DNA from: Candidatus Alkanophaga volatiphilum
GTDB lineage: Archaea; Halobacteriota; Syntropharchaeia; Alkanophagales; B39-G2
Direction of reading: 5' to 3'
Length of the DNA: 64,000 bases
Assembly: GCA_029259545.1 (NCBI GenBank)
Contig: JAPHEE010000005.1
Location: 1,143-65,142 of the forward strand
The notes beneath the pieces are model-generated. The model searched no databases, was not told the DNA's origin, and saw only the letters and a program-made list of their open reading frames with translations. This document shows positions 26,099 through 34,616 of the stretch, in pieces. Position 1 is the first letter of the stretch. Every line of letters begins with the position of its first letter. Made by a program: the position numbers and the translations under genes.

Positions 26099-27070
26099 TT
26101 ATACCACCTCCCAAATGCCAAAATTCCCTATTGAAAGTGCTTTATCACAAACAAACTGCGAACCCGGGGTAATACAAATTTTAGCAACTTGGCTTATTTT
26201 TTGTCCTGAACCTCTCTCATTCCATTCTCTTCCAACAAGTGGTTCGATATCCCCCCTAATTAACTTGGCGCCCAGATTCTCGACGTTAACGTGGGAAAGA
26301 GCAATCATATACTCGCTCCTACTGCTTATCGTTAATCGCTTCTTTGCAGTATCAACTAGCATTCCAGAGCCAAATAAATCAACTTCCTCGTTAGAGGATT
26401 TTTCTAAAAGTATTTTTACTTTTCCAAACCCATAATTTCTTTCTCCTCCAACCCATATTTCATTTAATTTGACCTCATTAACTTCGATGGAATCCGTAAA
26501 TGATATTGTAAATGATATTCCTAAATCATGCATTTCTACTTCAATTTTTTGGGAAGTGTCTTTTACAAAGAAGTATCCCATAAAAATAGTAGGTTTAACC
26601 GTTTCACATTTTATTTTATCCCTAATAAACTCAATCTCGTGAAGTGATCCCTCTTCTGCGGACTTCGAGGTCTTATCTATAGCTGTTGAAACAAAGGAAG
26701 AGATAAAAATTCGTTCAAATTCTTCCAAAGAAATCGCTTTTTTATACTTGCATACACCAAATTTTAGACCATCCTTCTTATACCACGGAGCAAAAACTTG
26801 CTGAATGTGTATTTTTCCGTTTGCTCTCTTGTATTCCACTGGATAAAAGTAGGAAAACTTAATGTTTTCATTAAGACGTTTACCGATTATTCGATATGCC
26901 TCGGGGCTATAATTCTCCATAATACTCTTAGCTATCAAACTCGTTAATGCCCCCCAGACGTTCTTAGCTGGGATGTAATATCTAGTTCTGTCAACTACAC
27001 CTAACTTTGCACCATAACCGATATGTATCGGTGCTTTTGCCTCCAGATAAACTCTGTAGCACGCCCACAT
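26099..27070 (-). CDS. cmr3: type III RAMP protein, Cmr3/Cas5-like (last gene of the operon)
   Basis: N-terminal APIHIGYGAKLGVVDRTRYYIPAKNVWGALTSL. C-terminal glycine loop VGGERNYGFGKV. Position matches cmr3 in III-C loci. Confidence 0.6.
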   Translation of the reverse strand: MWACYRVYLEAKAPIHIGYGAKLGVVDRTRYYIPAKNVWGALTSLIAKSIMENYSPEAYRIIGKRLNENIKFSYFYPVEYKRANGKIHIQQVFAPWYKKDGLKFGVCKYKKAISLEEFERIFISSFVSTAIDKTSKSAEEGSLHEIEFIRDKIKCETVKPTIFMGYFFVKDTSQKIEVEMHDLGISFTISFTDSIEVNEVKLNEIWVGGERNYGFGKVKILLEKSSNEEVDLFGSGMLVDTAKKRLTISSRSEYMIALSHVNVENLGAKLIRGDIEPLVGREWNERGSGQKISQVAKICITPGSQFVCDKALSIGNFGIWEVV

Positions 27071-27074
27071 GAGA

Positions 27075-27605
27075 TCACCTTAAAGATCGGGCTCTGTAGA
27101 GGGCGTAGGTTAACATTTGCTCTAAGATCCGTTTGACGAAGAACATTTGAGGTATACTTTCTAAGATACTTCCATCCTTAGTTAATTCGTTTCTAAAAGT
27201 TGTTTTTAATTCAGCCCAAATGGGATCTGGATCGTTTCTATCATTTTTCCCTTTGAGTAATAATTTCAATTTCTCATCCTTAGATGCGAAGAAGTCATTT
27301 GGGAAATGTAATTTATCGAGTTTATTGAGAAGTTTTGCAGAGTAAAACATTATTAATCGATGTATCTTTTCATCATCCCCTATACTTTTTTGTGAGTTCT
27401 TTCTTTCATCCCACGTAATATTCTTACCTTCGGACTCTAAATAGATCAAATAAGCAAAAATCCCTTCTTGTGAAAGGACGGCTAGCGCTTTTCTGATGGC
27501 ATTTTCCTGTTTTGAGGGATCAAGTTGTTTTGTTGGATCACTTGGATCCTTATCCTTGGGTATTGAAAATCCAATTTCAGCGCAAAGCCTGTCAATGTTA
27601 GTCAT
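27075..27605 (-). CDS. cmr5: small helical subunit, Cmr5/Cas11-like (by position, size and composition)
   Basis: 176 aa, predicted all-helical by composition, lying between cmr4 and cmr3. I recognise no strong motif. Confidence 0.5.
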   Translation of the reverse strand: MTNIDRLCAEIGFSIPKDKDPSDPTKQLDPSKQENAIRKALAVLSQEGIFAYLIYLESEGKNITWDERKNSQKSIGDDEKIHRLIMFYSAKLLNKLDKLHFPNDFFASKDEKLKLLLKGKNDRNDPDPIWAELKTTFRNELTKDGSILESIPQMFFVKRILEQMLTYALYRARSLR

Positions 27606-28842
27606 CCCCCTGCACCTCCCTGCAGACTTTTTCCCAGTTGGCAGCTATTTTTTGCATCTCTTCTGTCGTTTGCCTAATTTTCTCTTGCAGCTCCTTTATC
27701 CTCACATTTATTATATTTCTTTCTTCATCTGCTTTTATTTCCTTTAACTCCTCTTTTAATTTTCTTATCTCGCCTACGAGGTTATTAGCTTGTATTTCGC
27801 TTAATTTTACTTTGTCATACTTTTCATCTAAACCGAACACCTTAAACTTACCAAATCCTCTTGTGCCCATTCCTCCAACGCCCAAGAACTCAAATAACTT
27901 GAATCCGGTTTCTACTGTACTGACGATATCGTTTAATCCCAGATTCAGTCCGAAGTGTTCGGGTTTTTGATACACGACATCGAAGTAGAATATCGTAGTT
28001 CTCGGTATTGCTTCGTAAGTGAATAATGCACCTTCCTCAGCAGCTCCAGTGGTTGGATTTATTGAAACCGACGTTCTCACTTCTAAGTTTGAGTCTACTA
28101 TCTGAGAAAAGACAGAATTGCTAACGATGACCAGTCTGTTGAGGATTTCCTCTAAAATTTCAACTTCTTTGTCATTGAGCAATCTATCCCTAAATTTTAA
28201 TCCATCAGCGCCAAAAAGTGTATCAACACAGATGTTATGGGTTGTAGTTTCGCCGTTCTCTTTTTTCTTTAATTGAAGCAATAACCAGCCAAAGTTTAGA
28301 AATCCAGTGTCTTCTAATTTTGATTTCAAGTAATTAGATACTACGCAGAACCTACTTTCGTCGAAATCCTGCCATGCGCCTTGGTCAACATTCAGTTCCT
28401 TAAGTCTACTTGGGCAAGTAACCCAAATCGGACCTATAAGAGATGCTACTGGGAAGAATAGTATTTTTGCATCTGAGAACAGAGCCATTCCTTGGAGGCT
28501 TTCTGGCTTATTATCCTCTTTTGCACCTTCACTGTTTGTATATCCAAATGTTACACAAATTTTACATTTATAGTTTTTATATTTGCAACCTCCATCTTGC
28601 GGTTTTTTGTTGTGTTTTTCCTTATCTGCGCATTGAGGTTGCTTAAAATAAAGTGCAGCGTAAGTTCTTGTTGTACCTTCTATACTCGTTCCCGGGATCT
28701 TTGGTATTCCATCAAAGTCTCTGAGTGTTGGGTTGTCCACTCTTCCGAGCGTGTAACCACCGGTACCAACATGTATTGGATCTATCGCCATTCCAAAATA
28801 GATTTTTCTTTCATAGGGCTTATCCATATTGTTCACCTCCAA
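27598..28842 (-). CDS. cmr4: Cmr4 (Cas7 backbone subunit) with a C-terminal coiled-coil-like tail of about 70 aa
   Basis: AIDPIHVGTGGYTLGRVDNPTLRDFDGIPKIPGTSIEGTTR and GMALFSDAKILFFPVASLIGPIWVTCPSRL. Glycine loop GVGGMGTRGFGKF. Tail LSEIQANNLVGEIRKLKEELKEIKADEERNIINVRIKELQEKIRQTTEEMQKIAANWEK. Confidence 0.85.
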   Translation of the reverse strand: MEVNNMDKPYERKIYFGMAIDPIHVGTGGYTLGRVDNPTLRDFDGIPKIPGTSIEGTTRTYAALYFKQPQCADKEKHNKKPQDGGCKYKNYKCKICVTFGYTNSEGAKEDNKPESLQGMALFSDAKILFFPVASLIGPIWVTCPSRLKELNVDQGAWQDFDESRFCVVSNYLKSKLEDTGFLNFGWLLLQLKKKENGETTTHNICVDTLFGADGLKFRDRLLNDKEVEILEEILNRLVIVSNSVFSQIVDSNLEVRTSVSINPTTGAAEEGALFTYEAIPRTTIFYFDVVYQKPEHFGLNLGLNDIVSTVETGFKLFEFLGVGGMGTRGFGKFKVFGLDEKYDKVKLSEIQANNLVGEIRKLKEELKEIKADEERNIINVRIKELQEKIRQTTEEMQKIAANWEKVCREVQGDD

Positions 28843-31800
28843 TTTTAGATTCTAAGGTCATAAACAGCTCAATTACATCGAAGAACATACCGGATAGGAT
28901 TGACGAGGTTATAATCTTTTTATCTCCTTCGCTTAATCTTCCACAAATGTTCTCAACAGAAGAAATAACAAACTCTTTAAATTCAGAATCCTCTGCGAGG
29001 TTTTTACCTTTTAATTCCCATTCTTTAATTTTATTTGCACAGACATATTCAAGTTTTTTAATCTGTGTCCTTGTAAGTCTTTCATTGAGGATGCTCCAAA
29101 GTTCGATTATTTTTTCGACATCCTCCAAAAGATACGGTCTTGGACTAAACTCTCCAAACAATTCATGTTTCCTTGGTAAAGCCAGATCAAACCTCCTCGT
29201 TGTTGAATCAAAGAACTGAAAATCGAATAGATTTGGTACGATCTCCATTATTTTCCCATCCAAATCTTTCACATTAACAATTGCAACGTCTTTTTCTTTC
29301 AAGGTAATTTCAAAATAAGTCTCCTCATCTCCAGAGGCATTTGTTACAATAAAGTTTGGATGATATAAATCCTTGTCATCTCCTAACTTTCGGTAAACGT
29401 TCCACTTATAAACATTTATCCATGAGCCGAATTCCTTTGAAACTTTTTCCTTCACATCATTGCCGAGTTCTACAACTTTTATTTCTGAGTCGTCCACACT
29501 TGTAATCTTGAATCTTCTCCACCCATCTTCTCTGTTTAGTTCTGATGAAAGCGATTCTATAGATCTCTCAACACCATCCATGACTGCAAAAAGCGGGAAT
29601 TTTCTTTTGAAAAATGCAATTCCAAGATTAAAGGATAATCTTCCACGAACTTTACTAAATTTATCGTTATATTTGTTCAAAAATCCATGTATAATTTTCA
29701 ACGCTAAATTTGCTGGAACAAGAATCTTAAGTCGGTTTGGGGAAATCATAATTTTCCTGAAAGGCAAGTATTCCTCAAAATCTACGTTTCTTATTTTAAT
29801 TTCGATTATTTTATCTTTCCCACTATCTTTTATTTTTATTTTTAATATAGAATTTATTAGTTTTTTAGATGCCGCTCTGATTTTTTCCTGTTTTTCTTTT
29901 AAAATTTGCTGTAAACCCTCCGCTTGATGGGCTGTTACATAGTTTTCAATTCTGAGTGTCGTATTAAAGTACTCGCCATCCCAATATAAGTCCATTTTTG
30001 GAAGAGGTATATCAAAATCTAGTTCAACGAGTTCGTACGGTTGATATTTGTTCCTTTTATCTTCAAAGAAGTTTCTTGTTTCGTCATCCATAAACTCTGG
30101 TTCTATTTTCATTCGCAGACAGTATCCACCAGTAAACTCTTTTACCACATTCCGAGCTTCGTTAACCAATTTATTAACAAAATCTAAAGTTTCTCTCCAG
30201 ATTCTACTTAGACGAGAGGGGGAGGGAGGTTTTGTAAATAAACCTGTTGCCCAATCTTTTGGTTTGTCAGTTCCAATTCTTGATCTTAGAGAGAGGTATA
30301 TGTCTTCAATCATAGGTCTAATCTCCAAGCGTAATTCATCTGCTAAGAAAGGTCTAAGGAGTTCTTGTTTTGCTTTTTCATAACCTTCTTTATTGATTTG
30401 ATAAAGAAACTCACTTAACATTTCTTTGATCTTAGGGAATCCTCCCTTTTTTATATCCTCTCTGATTGATATGTATTCTGGTCTTTCCCAAATCTTAACT
30501 TTGTTTTTACCAACTTCTCTATTTAGATCGATGATATCACTTACAGACTTTATTAATAATGTTTTCAATAAAGTTCCATCTAACCACCTTTCAAGAGGGA
30601 TGAATCCATAGATTAGAGCAACATTTCCATTTTCATCTGCGATTTCATCGATCCATACAGTTTCTTCAAAAACCCCATTTTGTTTTTTAGAACTTGTTTT
30701 AGCCCCCTCAATTCTCAGCCTCTGACACCATTCACAAATATCTCTTCCCTCCATCCTCGGTCTCTTACCACACTCCACGCAAATCTCCCTATTCTTAACG
30801 TTTCTCCACTCTTTAACCCAACTTATTTTATCTAAAGAACCTTCTAATAATAATGGAGTTTTAATTTTAGCTCGCAACTTATTTAGGGTCTGAACAATTA
30901 TTTTACTGGGATATGGATTTGGATCACTTAATTCGATACACGGAATAATGCTTCCGTTACTTAGCTCTATCACTTCGGATATTAGCATCTTTCTAATTTC
31001 TTCAAAAATCAAGTCCAAATTCTCCGGAACAAGGAAGCAAACGAAGTTGTGATCCTCATAAATCGCATTACCAACCGGAATTTCAAATTCAAGCAAAGTC
31101 TTAACCCTTTTTCTTATTGCTTCTATAAGTAAATTCCTTCCTGCTACTCCTGATAGAGTTTGAGCTTCTTTGTATATCTTAAATGAGTCCCAAGATACAC
31201 CGAGAACTCGCAACTTTTTAGTCCAATGTCTTGATGCATTAGAAGGTAAAGACGTTGAAAAGTTGTTTAGTATATCTTCAATCATTAACGCTTTTGCAAT
31301 CGACGCAGTTGCGTAACTGTGATCCCAAAGCGTAACATCGTTTGCAGCCCTCCTAGTCTCGGCAGGAGTGCTATCGGATGTATACTCCCACTCTATTAAG
31401 ATGCTATCCCTGAATGAAAAGAGAGATGTATTAGAACTTAACTTGGTGCCAACGTGCCTCCACACACCAGCTAACTTAAAATAAAAGTTATTTCTTAATT
31501 TTTCGAGTTCATCTTCATTCACATCAATTTCTATACCAAAAGTAGAGGCAAGACAAGTTTTTCCCTTTTGTTGAGCAAGAGGCATTAGCCTATCATCGGC
31601 AGAGTCTTTTCTATCTGCGAGTTTAACAAATCCTAATAGCTCTTCATTCGTCTTGATTTTTCCATCACCGTGTTTCTCTATTATATCTTTTAGGGTTACT
31701 GAATCGAGATTCCAAGCTTTTAGAATTTGATCAGTAACTGGTATAAATGGTGCTACAAGGTTGCTCAGAGGCGTGGTAAAGAGCTCTAAGAGTCCTAAAT

Positions 31801-32002
31801 TGCTTAATGAGCCTTTATCATAATCTATAATTTTTTCATGTTTATAGTCTTTATCTTCTTTTAAGTCTTTGCGATGCTTTCTTAAAAATCTTCCATCCAA
31901 CTTCCCCAAATCATGAAGCAATGCACCGATTTCACCAAGTATTATTATCGCCCTATACTTTTTGAGAGTGTCAATCTTGTTGATGGCCATTTTAATCACC
32001 AA
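28820..32002 (-). CDS. cas10: Cas10 (Cmr2-like large subunit): HD domain present, cyclase Palm motif degenerate
   Basis: 1060 aa. HD dyad in GALLHDLGKL (aa 30-31). Cas10-typical DVTLWDHSYATASIAKAL. Zinc finger C408/C411/C423/C426 (CVECG...CEWC). The Palm-2 block reads IMISPNR-LKILVPANLALKII...LSFNLGIAFFKRKFPL, so SPNR sits where GGDD is expected. Confidence 0.9.
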   Translation of the reverse strand: MVIKMAINKIDTLKKYRAIIILGEIGALLHDLGKLDGRFLRKHRKDLKEDKDYKHEKIIDYDKGSLSNLGLLELFTTPLSNLVAPFIPVTDQILKAWNLDSVTLKDIIEKHGDGKIKTNEELLGFVKLADRKDSADDRLMPLAQQKGKTCLASTFGIEIDVNEDELEKLRNNFYFKLAGVWRHVGTKLSSNTSLFSFRDSILIEWEYTSDSTPAETRRAANDVTLWDHSYATASIAKALMIEDILNNFSTSLPSNASRHWTKKLRVLGVSWDSFKIYKEAQTLSGVAGRNLLIEAIRKRVKTLLEFEIPVGNAIYEDHNFVCFLVPENLDLIFEEIRKMLISEVIELSNGSIIPCIELSDPNPYPSKIIVQTLNKLRAKIKTPLLLEGSLDKISWVKEWRNVKNREICVECGKRPRMEGRDICEWCQRLRIEGAKTSSKKQNGVFEETVWIDEIADENGNVALIYGFIPLERWLDGTLLKTLLIKSVSDIIDLNREVGKNKVKIWERPEYISIREDIKKGGFPKIKEMLSEFLYQINKEGYEKAKQELLRPFLADELRLEIRPMIEDIYLSLRSRIGTDKPKDWATGLFTKPPSPSRLSRIWRETLDFVNKLVNEARNVVKEFTGGYCLRMKIEPEFMDDETRNFFEDKRNKYQPYELVELDFDIPLPKMDLYWDGEYFNTTLRIENYVTAHQAEGLQQILKEKQEKIRAASKKLINSILKIKIKDSGKDKIIEIKIRNVDFEEYLPFRKIMISPNRLKILVPANLALKIIHGFLNKYNDKFSKVRGRLSFNLGIAFFKRKFPLFAVMDGVERSIESLSSELNREDGWRRFKITSVDDSEIKVVELGNDVKEKVSKEFGSWINVYKWNVYRKLGDDKDLYHPNFIVTNASGDEETYFEITLKEKDVAIVNVKDLDGKIMEIVPNLFDFQFFDSTTRRFDLALPRKHELFGEFSPRPYLLEDVEKIIELWSILNERLTRTQIKKLEYVCANKIKEWELKGKNLAEDSEFKEFVISSVENICGRLSEGDKKIITSSILSGMFFDVIELFMTLESKIGGEQYG

Positions 32003-33035
32003 TTTTATTTATTAACTCGTTCATTTTTTCCTTAAACTCCTTAAACGTGCCTTTGTAGTGGTTATCATTTATCCAAAATTCTATTTCATCCTCAACAACT
32101 CCGTATCCACTTGTTTTCTTAGCAGAAAATCCATATTCAAGCAGCATTTTTGGAATGGTTTCTTTTAAAAGTTCTAGATCTTTTGGAACTTCCTCTTCAA
32201 GTCTTTCCTTACTATGGAGTATATCGAACGGTATGTAAAGCAAGATAAACGTACCCTTGGATGCCGGGATAACTGGAACTACCTCAAACATAATTGGCAC
32301 TTTGACAGTCTTTGTCTTCCTTTTATGTGGAGCTATTATATCTAATCCAATTCCACTGAAAAATGTTGAATAAAAAATCAAACGACCTCTTCCATTTCCA
32401 CCTTTATTTACATATTTTTTATTAAGAATATATTCAAAAAATTCCTGAGAGACTGTTTTCCTTGGGTTATCTGATGAGTATTTTTCATTAAAGATATCAT
32501 CTAGGAATTGTTCAATCTTATCTTTTTCATTCCCAAAAAGTCTAATCAACTTCGCTCTTTCTCCAAAAGCCATATATTTATCTGACGGTAATTTACTTAG
32601 AAGCGTATTTAGTGCAACCCATCTTAAAGCACCCTTCCAGGAACTTGATCGTATAATTGGGATTTTGAAAAATTTATCTTTACAAATTGGATTTTCTGTA
32701 ATATAGAATTCTTCATCATCTTTACTAATATACGGTTTTCGTAATCGGAATTTAATTTTTATTAGAACTGAATAGGGCAAATTTGGAGGGTTTTGAGGGT
32801 CATTTATACCCAATTCCTTAATTAATGCCACTCTCGATTTGATTAATCCAAGATATTCAGTTCTGACCCAGTATTTATATTTATTCTCTCTAGCCCACTT
32901 TTTACCACTCTCTGTTATCATGCTTAATGAAGCTAATTTTATTTTATGATACGCATCATCGATTTTGTCAACTCTATCAAAATTTGCTCCTTTTTTGTGT
33001 TCATCCCAAAATTCAGCGTAAAAGTCGTGGATCAT
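31992..33035 (-). CDS. cmr6: Cmr6-like RAMP (Cas7 family)
   Basis: IPIIRSSSWKGALRW, LIRLFGNE and GRLIFYSTFF. C-terminal glycine loop GFSAKKTSGYGVV. N-terminal helical extension of about 110 aa. Confidence 0.75.
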   Translation of the reverse strand: MIHDFYAEFWDEHKKGANFDRVDKIDDAYHKIKLASLSMITESGKKWARENKYKYWVRTEYLGLIKSRVALIKELGINDPQNPPNLPYSVLIKIKFRLRKPYISKDDEEFYITENPICKDKFFKIPIIRSSSWKGALRWVALNTLLSKLPSDKYMAFGERAKLIRLFGNEKDKIEQFLDDIFNEKYSSDNPRKTVSQEFFEYILNKKYVNKGGNGRGRLIFYSTFFSGIGLDIIAPHKRKTKTVKVPIMFEVVPVIPASKGTFILLYIPFDILHSKERLEEEVPKDLELLKETIPKMLLEYGFSAKKTSGYGVVEDEIEFWINDNHYKGTFKEFKEKMNELINKIGD

Positions 33036-34333
33036 CCCAACACCTCCTTAAGTAATTGATCTTTAAATTTTACAGTTCCAAATTCCAAAGTGTTAAACCC
33101 AAAGCAACTCTCAAGAATTTTTATAATTTGCCCGATGACTTTCTTTTTATCGAATTTTACAGTTATATTTCGATCATAGCTTAGTACTGGTGGGATTTCA
33201 CCCCAAATCCTAAAATGAAGGTCAGAACCTATACTGTAGGCATGGCTTACGTTTATTCTACTAGCCCACTTCTCTTCCAAATCTGAACCAAATAAGTACC
33301 GTGCAACAACTTTACTAGGTTTGTACTTTCTTTTTAACAATTCGTATTCTTTTCTATTCTCCTGAAGCCTCTTTTTCTTCTCTTCTAACTTTTTCCTTTT
33401 TTTATTATCGGTTTCTTCTTTTATTATCTGATTGAGCTTGTTTATCTTATTATCTAACTCTTTTATTATTCCATCTAATTTCCTAACTACCTCATTACAT
33501 GCATTTTTGATTTCTATAAAATTTGTTACAGGCAAGTTTTTAAGGTTTTTAAACTCGGCTCTCAGTAGAAACTTTATTGCAAATCCTGAAAGTATGTAAT
33601 TGGAAGTTTTTCCAGCATCATTCAGTAATTTCTCTCTAAAAGTGTCGACCTCATCTACCTTAACATCAATCTTGAAGAAATTGTTGAAGTTAGGTAATTC
33701 CTGCTGAAAACCTGACTTAGAGAGTGAACGTTGAAAGAGTTCATACCCTTGCCTAATCTGTTCTTTTTTGAGGTTCTTAACAGTGAATATACCAAATCCA
33801 TTCTGAGTCTTTGCCCCCAAGCCTCCAGTTAATGAGATTGTTTTTAGAAGGAATGCTATAATATCCTCAATTTCCTTATTATAAGGAGATACTACCTTTA
33901 ATTTAGTTTCTCCGTAAAATCCTACTGGATTTTTTCCTAAGGTTTTATTAATCCACCACCTTAAATCGGTCTTAAAAGATGGATGATCGATTTTCGTAAC
34001 AAATTTAAGATTTACTAAGGGAAGGTCTTCCATTTCAACCCTAAATCTCCTACTCCAGCCCGTACACCCAAATAACTGGCAGGCTGGGCAAATTTGCTCA
34101 TCTAAAGCTTCCTGAATTGATTTTCCTTCTCTGATCGCATTCTGGAGTCTTCTTTGGTCTAATTCACATCTTCTTTCAGAGGTAGGATCACAAGCATATC
34201 CACCAAATCCCCTAACCAAAGCTTCGTACCACCATCTAAGAGAGCCAATTATCCCAGTTTCTCTGATTTTACTACATTTCCTATCAACATCTCCTGTCCA
34301 AATTGGCGTTAGGGTTTTAATCTTAACCTCCAT
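33032..34333 (-). CDS. cmr1: Cmr1-like RAMP (Cas7 family) with Cys4 insertion and an internal Lys/Glu-rich coiled-coil-like insert
   Basis: TLTPIWTGD, ETGIIGSLRWWYEALVRG, C48/C56/C82/C85 with CPACQLFGCTGW, glycine loop GGLGAKTQNGFGIF, and ARYLFGS. Insert at aa 280-338: IIKELDNKINKLNQIIKEETDNKKRKKLEEKKKRLQENRKEYELLKRK. Confidence 0.75.
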   Translation of the reverse strand: MEVKIKTLTPIWTGDVDRKCSKIRETGIIGSLRWWYEALVRGFGGYACDPTSERRCELDQRRLQNAIREGKSIQEALDEQICPACQLFGCTGWSRRFRVEMEDLPLVNLKFVTKIDHPSFKTDLRWWINKTLGKNPVGFYGETKLKVVSPYNKEIEDIIAFLLKTISLTGGLGAKTQNGFGIFTVKNLKKEQIRQGYELFQRSLSKSGFQQELPNFNNFFKIDVKVDEVDTFREKLLNDAGKTSNYILSGFAIKFLLRAEFKNLKNLPVTNFIEIKNACNEVVRKLDGIIKELDNKINKLNQIIKEETDNKKRKKLEEKKKRLQENRKEYELLKRKYKPSKVVARYLFGSDLEEKWASRINVSHAYSIGSDLHFRIWGEIPPVLSYDRNITVKFDKKKVIGQIIKILESCFGFNTLEFGTVKFKDQLLKEVLG

Positions 34334-34616
34334 CCCTTATGACCTCTCCTAAGTAGTGGGCATCCAGTGAGGCTCGCATTTACCCCGGGCAGCCTACCAC
34401 TGTACACAATGGGGAAGCATCATATAAGAACCTTTCTCAGCCTCTGCTGTATTACTCCTTAAAAGCCTCACCCTAAGCAGCGTGTTCTTCGTACAACCCC
34501 GCTTAAGGTAAGCATCCAGCAGATCCGTGGAGAGCTGAGAATCAAGGTGTTCTCACCAAATTTACATATCCACACGTACTTGTCTTTTACGACCCACATG
34601 GCAACTTTGGAGGAGT

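Noticed and set aside
25890-26114. 74-aa minus-strand ORF overlapping the cmr3 stop; considered as a seventh cas gene or a disrupted host gene marking the island junction
   Set aside because: It has backbone-like GC, no recognisable motif and no start context, and it overlaps the likely TRAM-gene promoter region. Probably non-coding.
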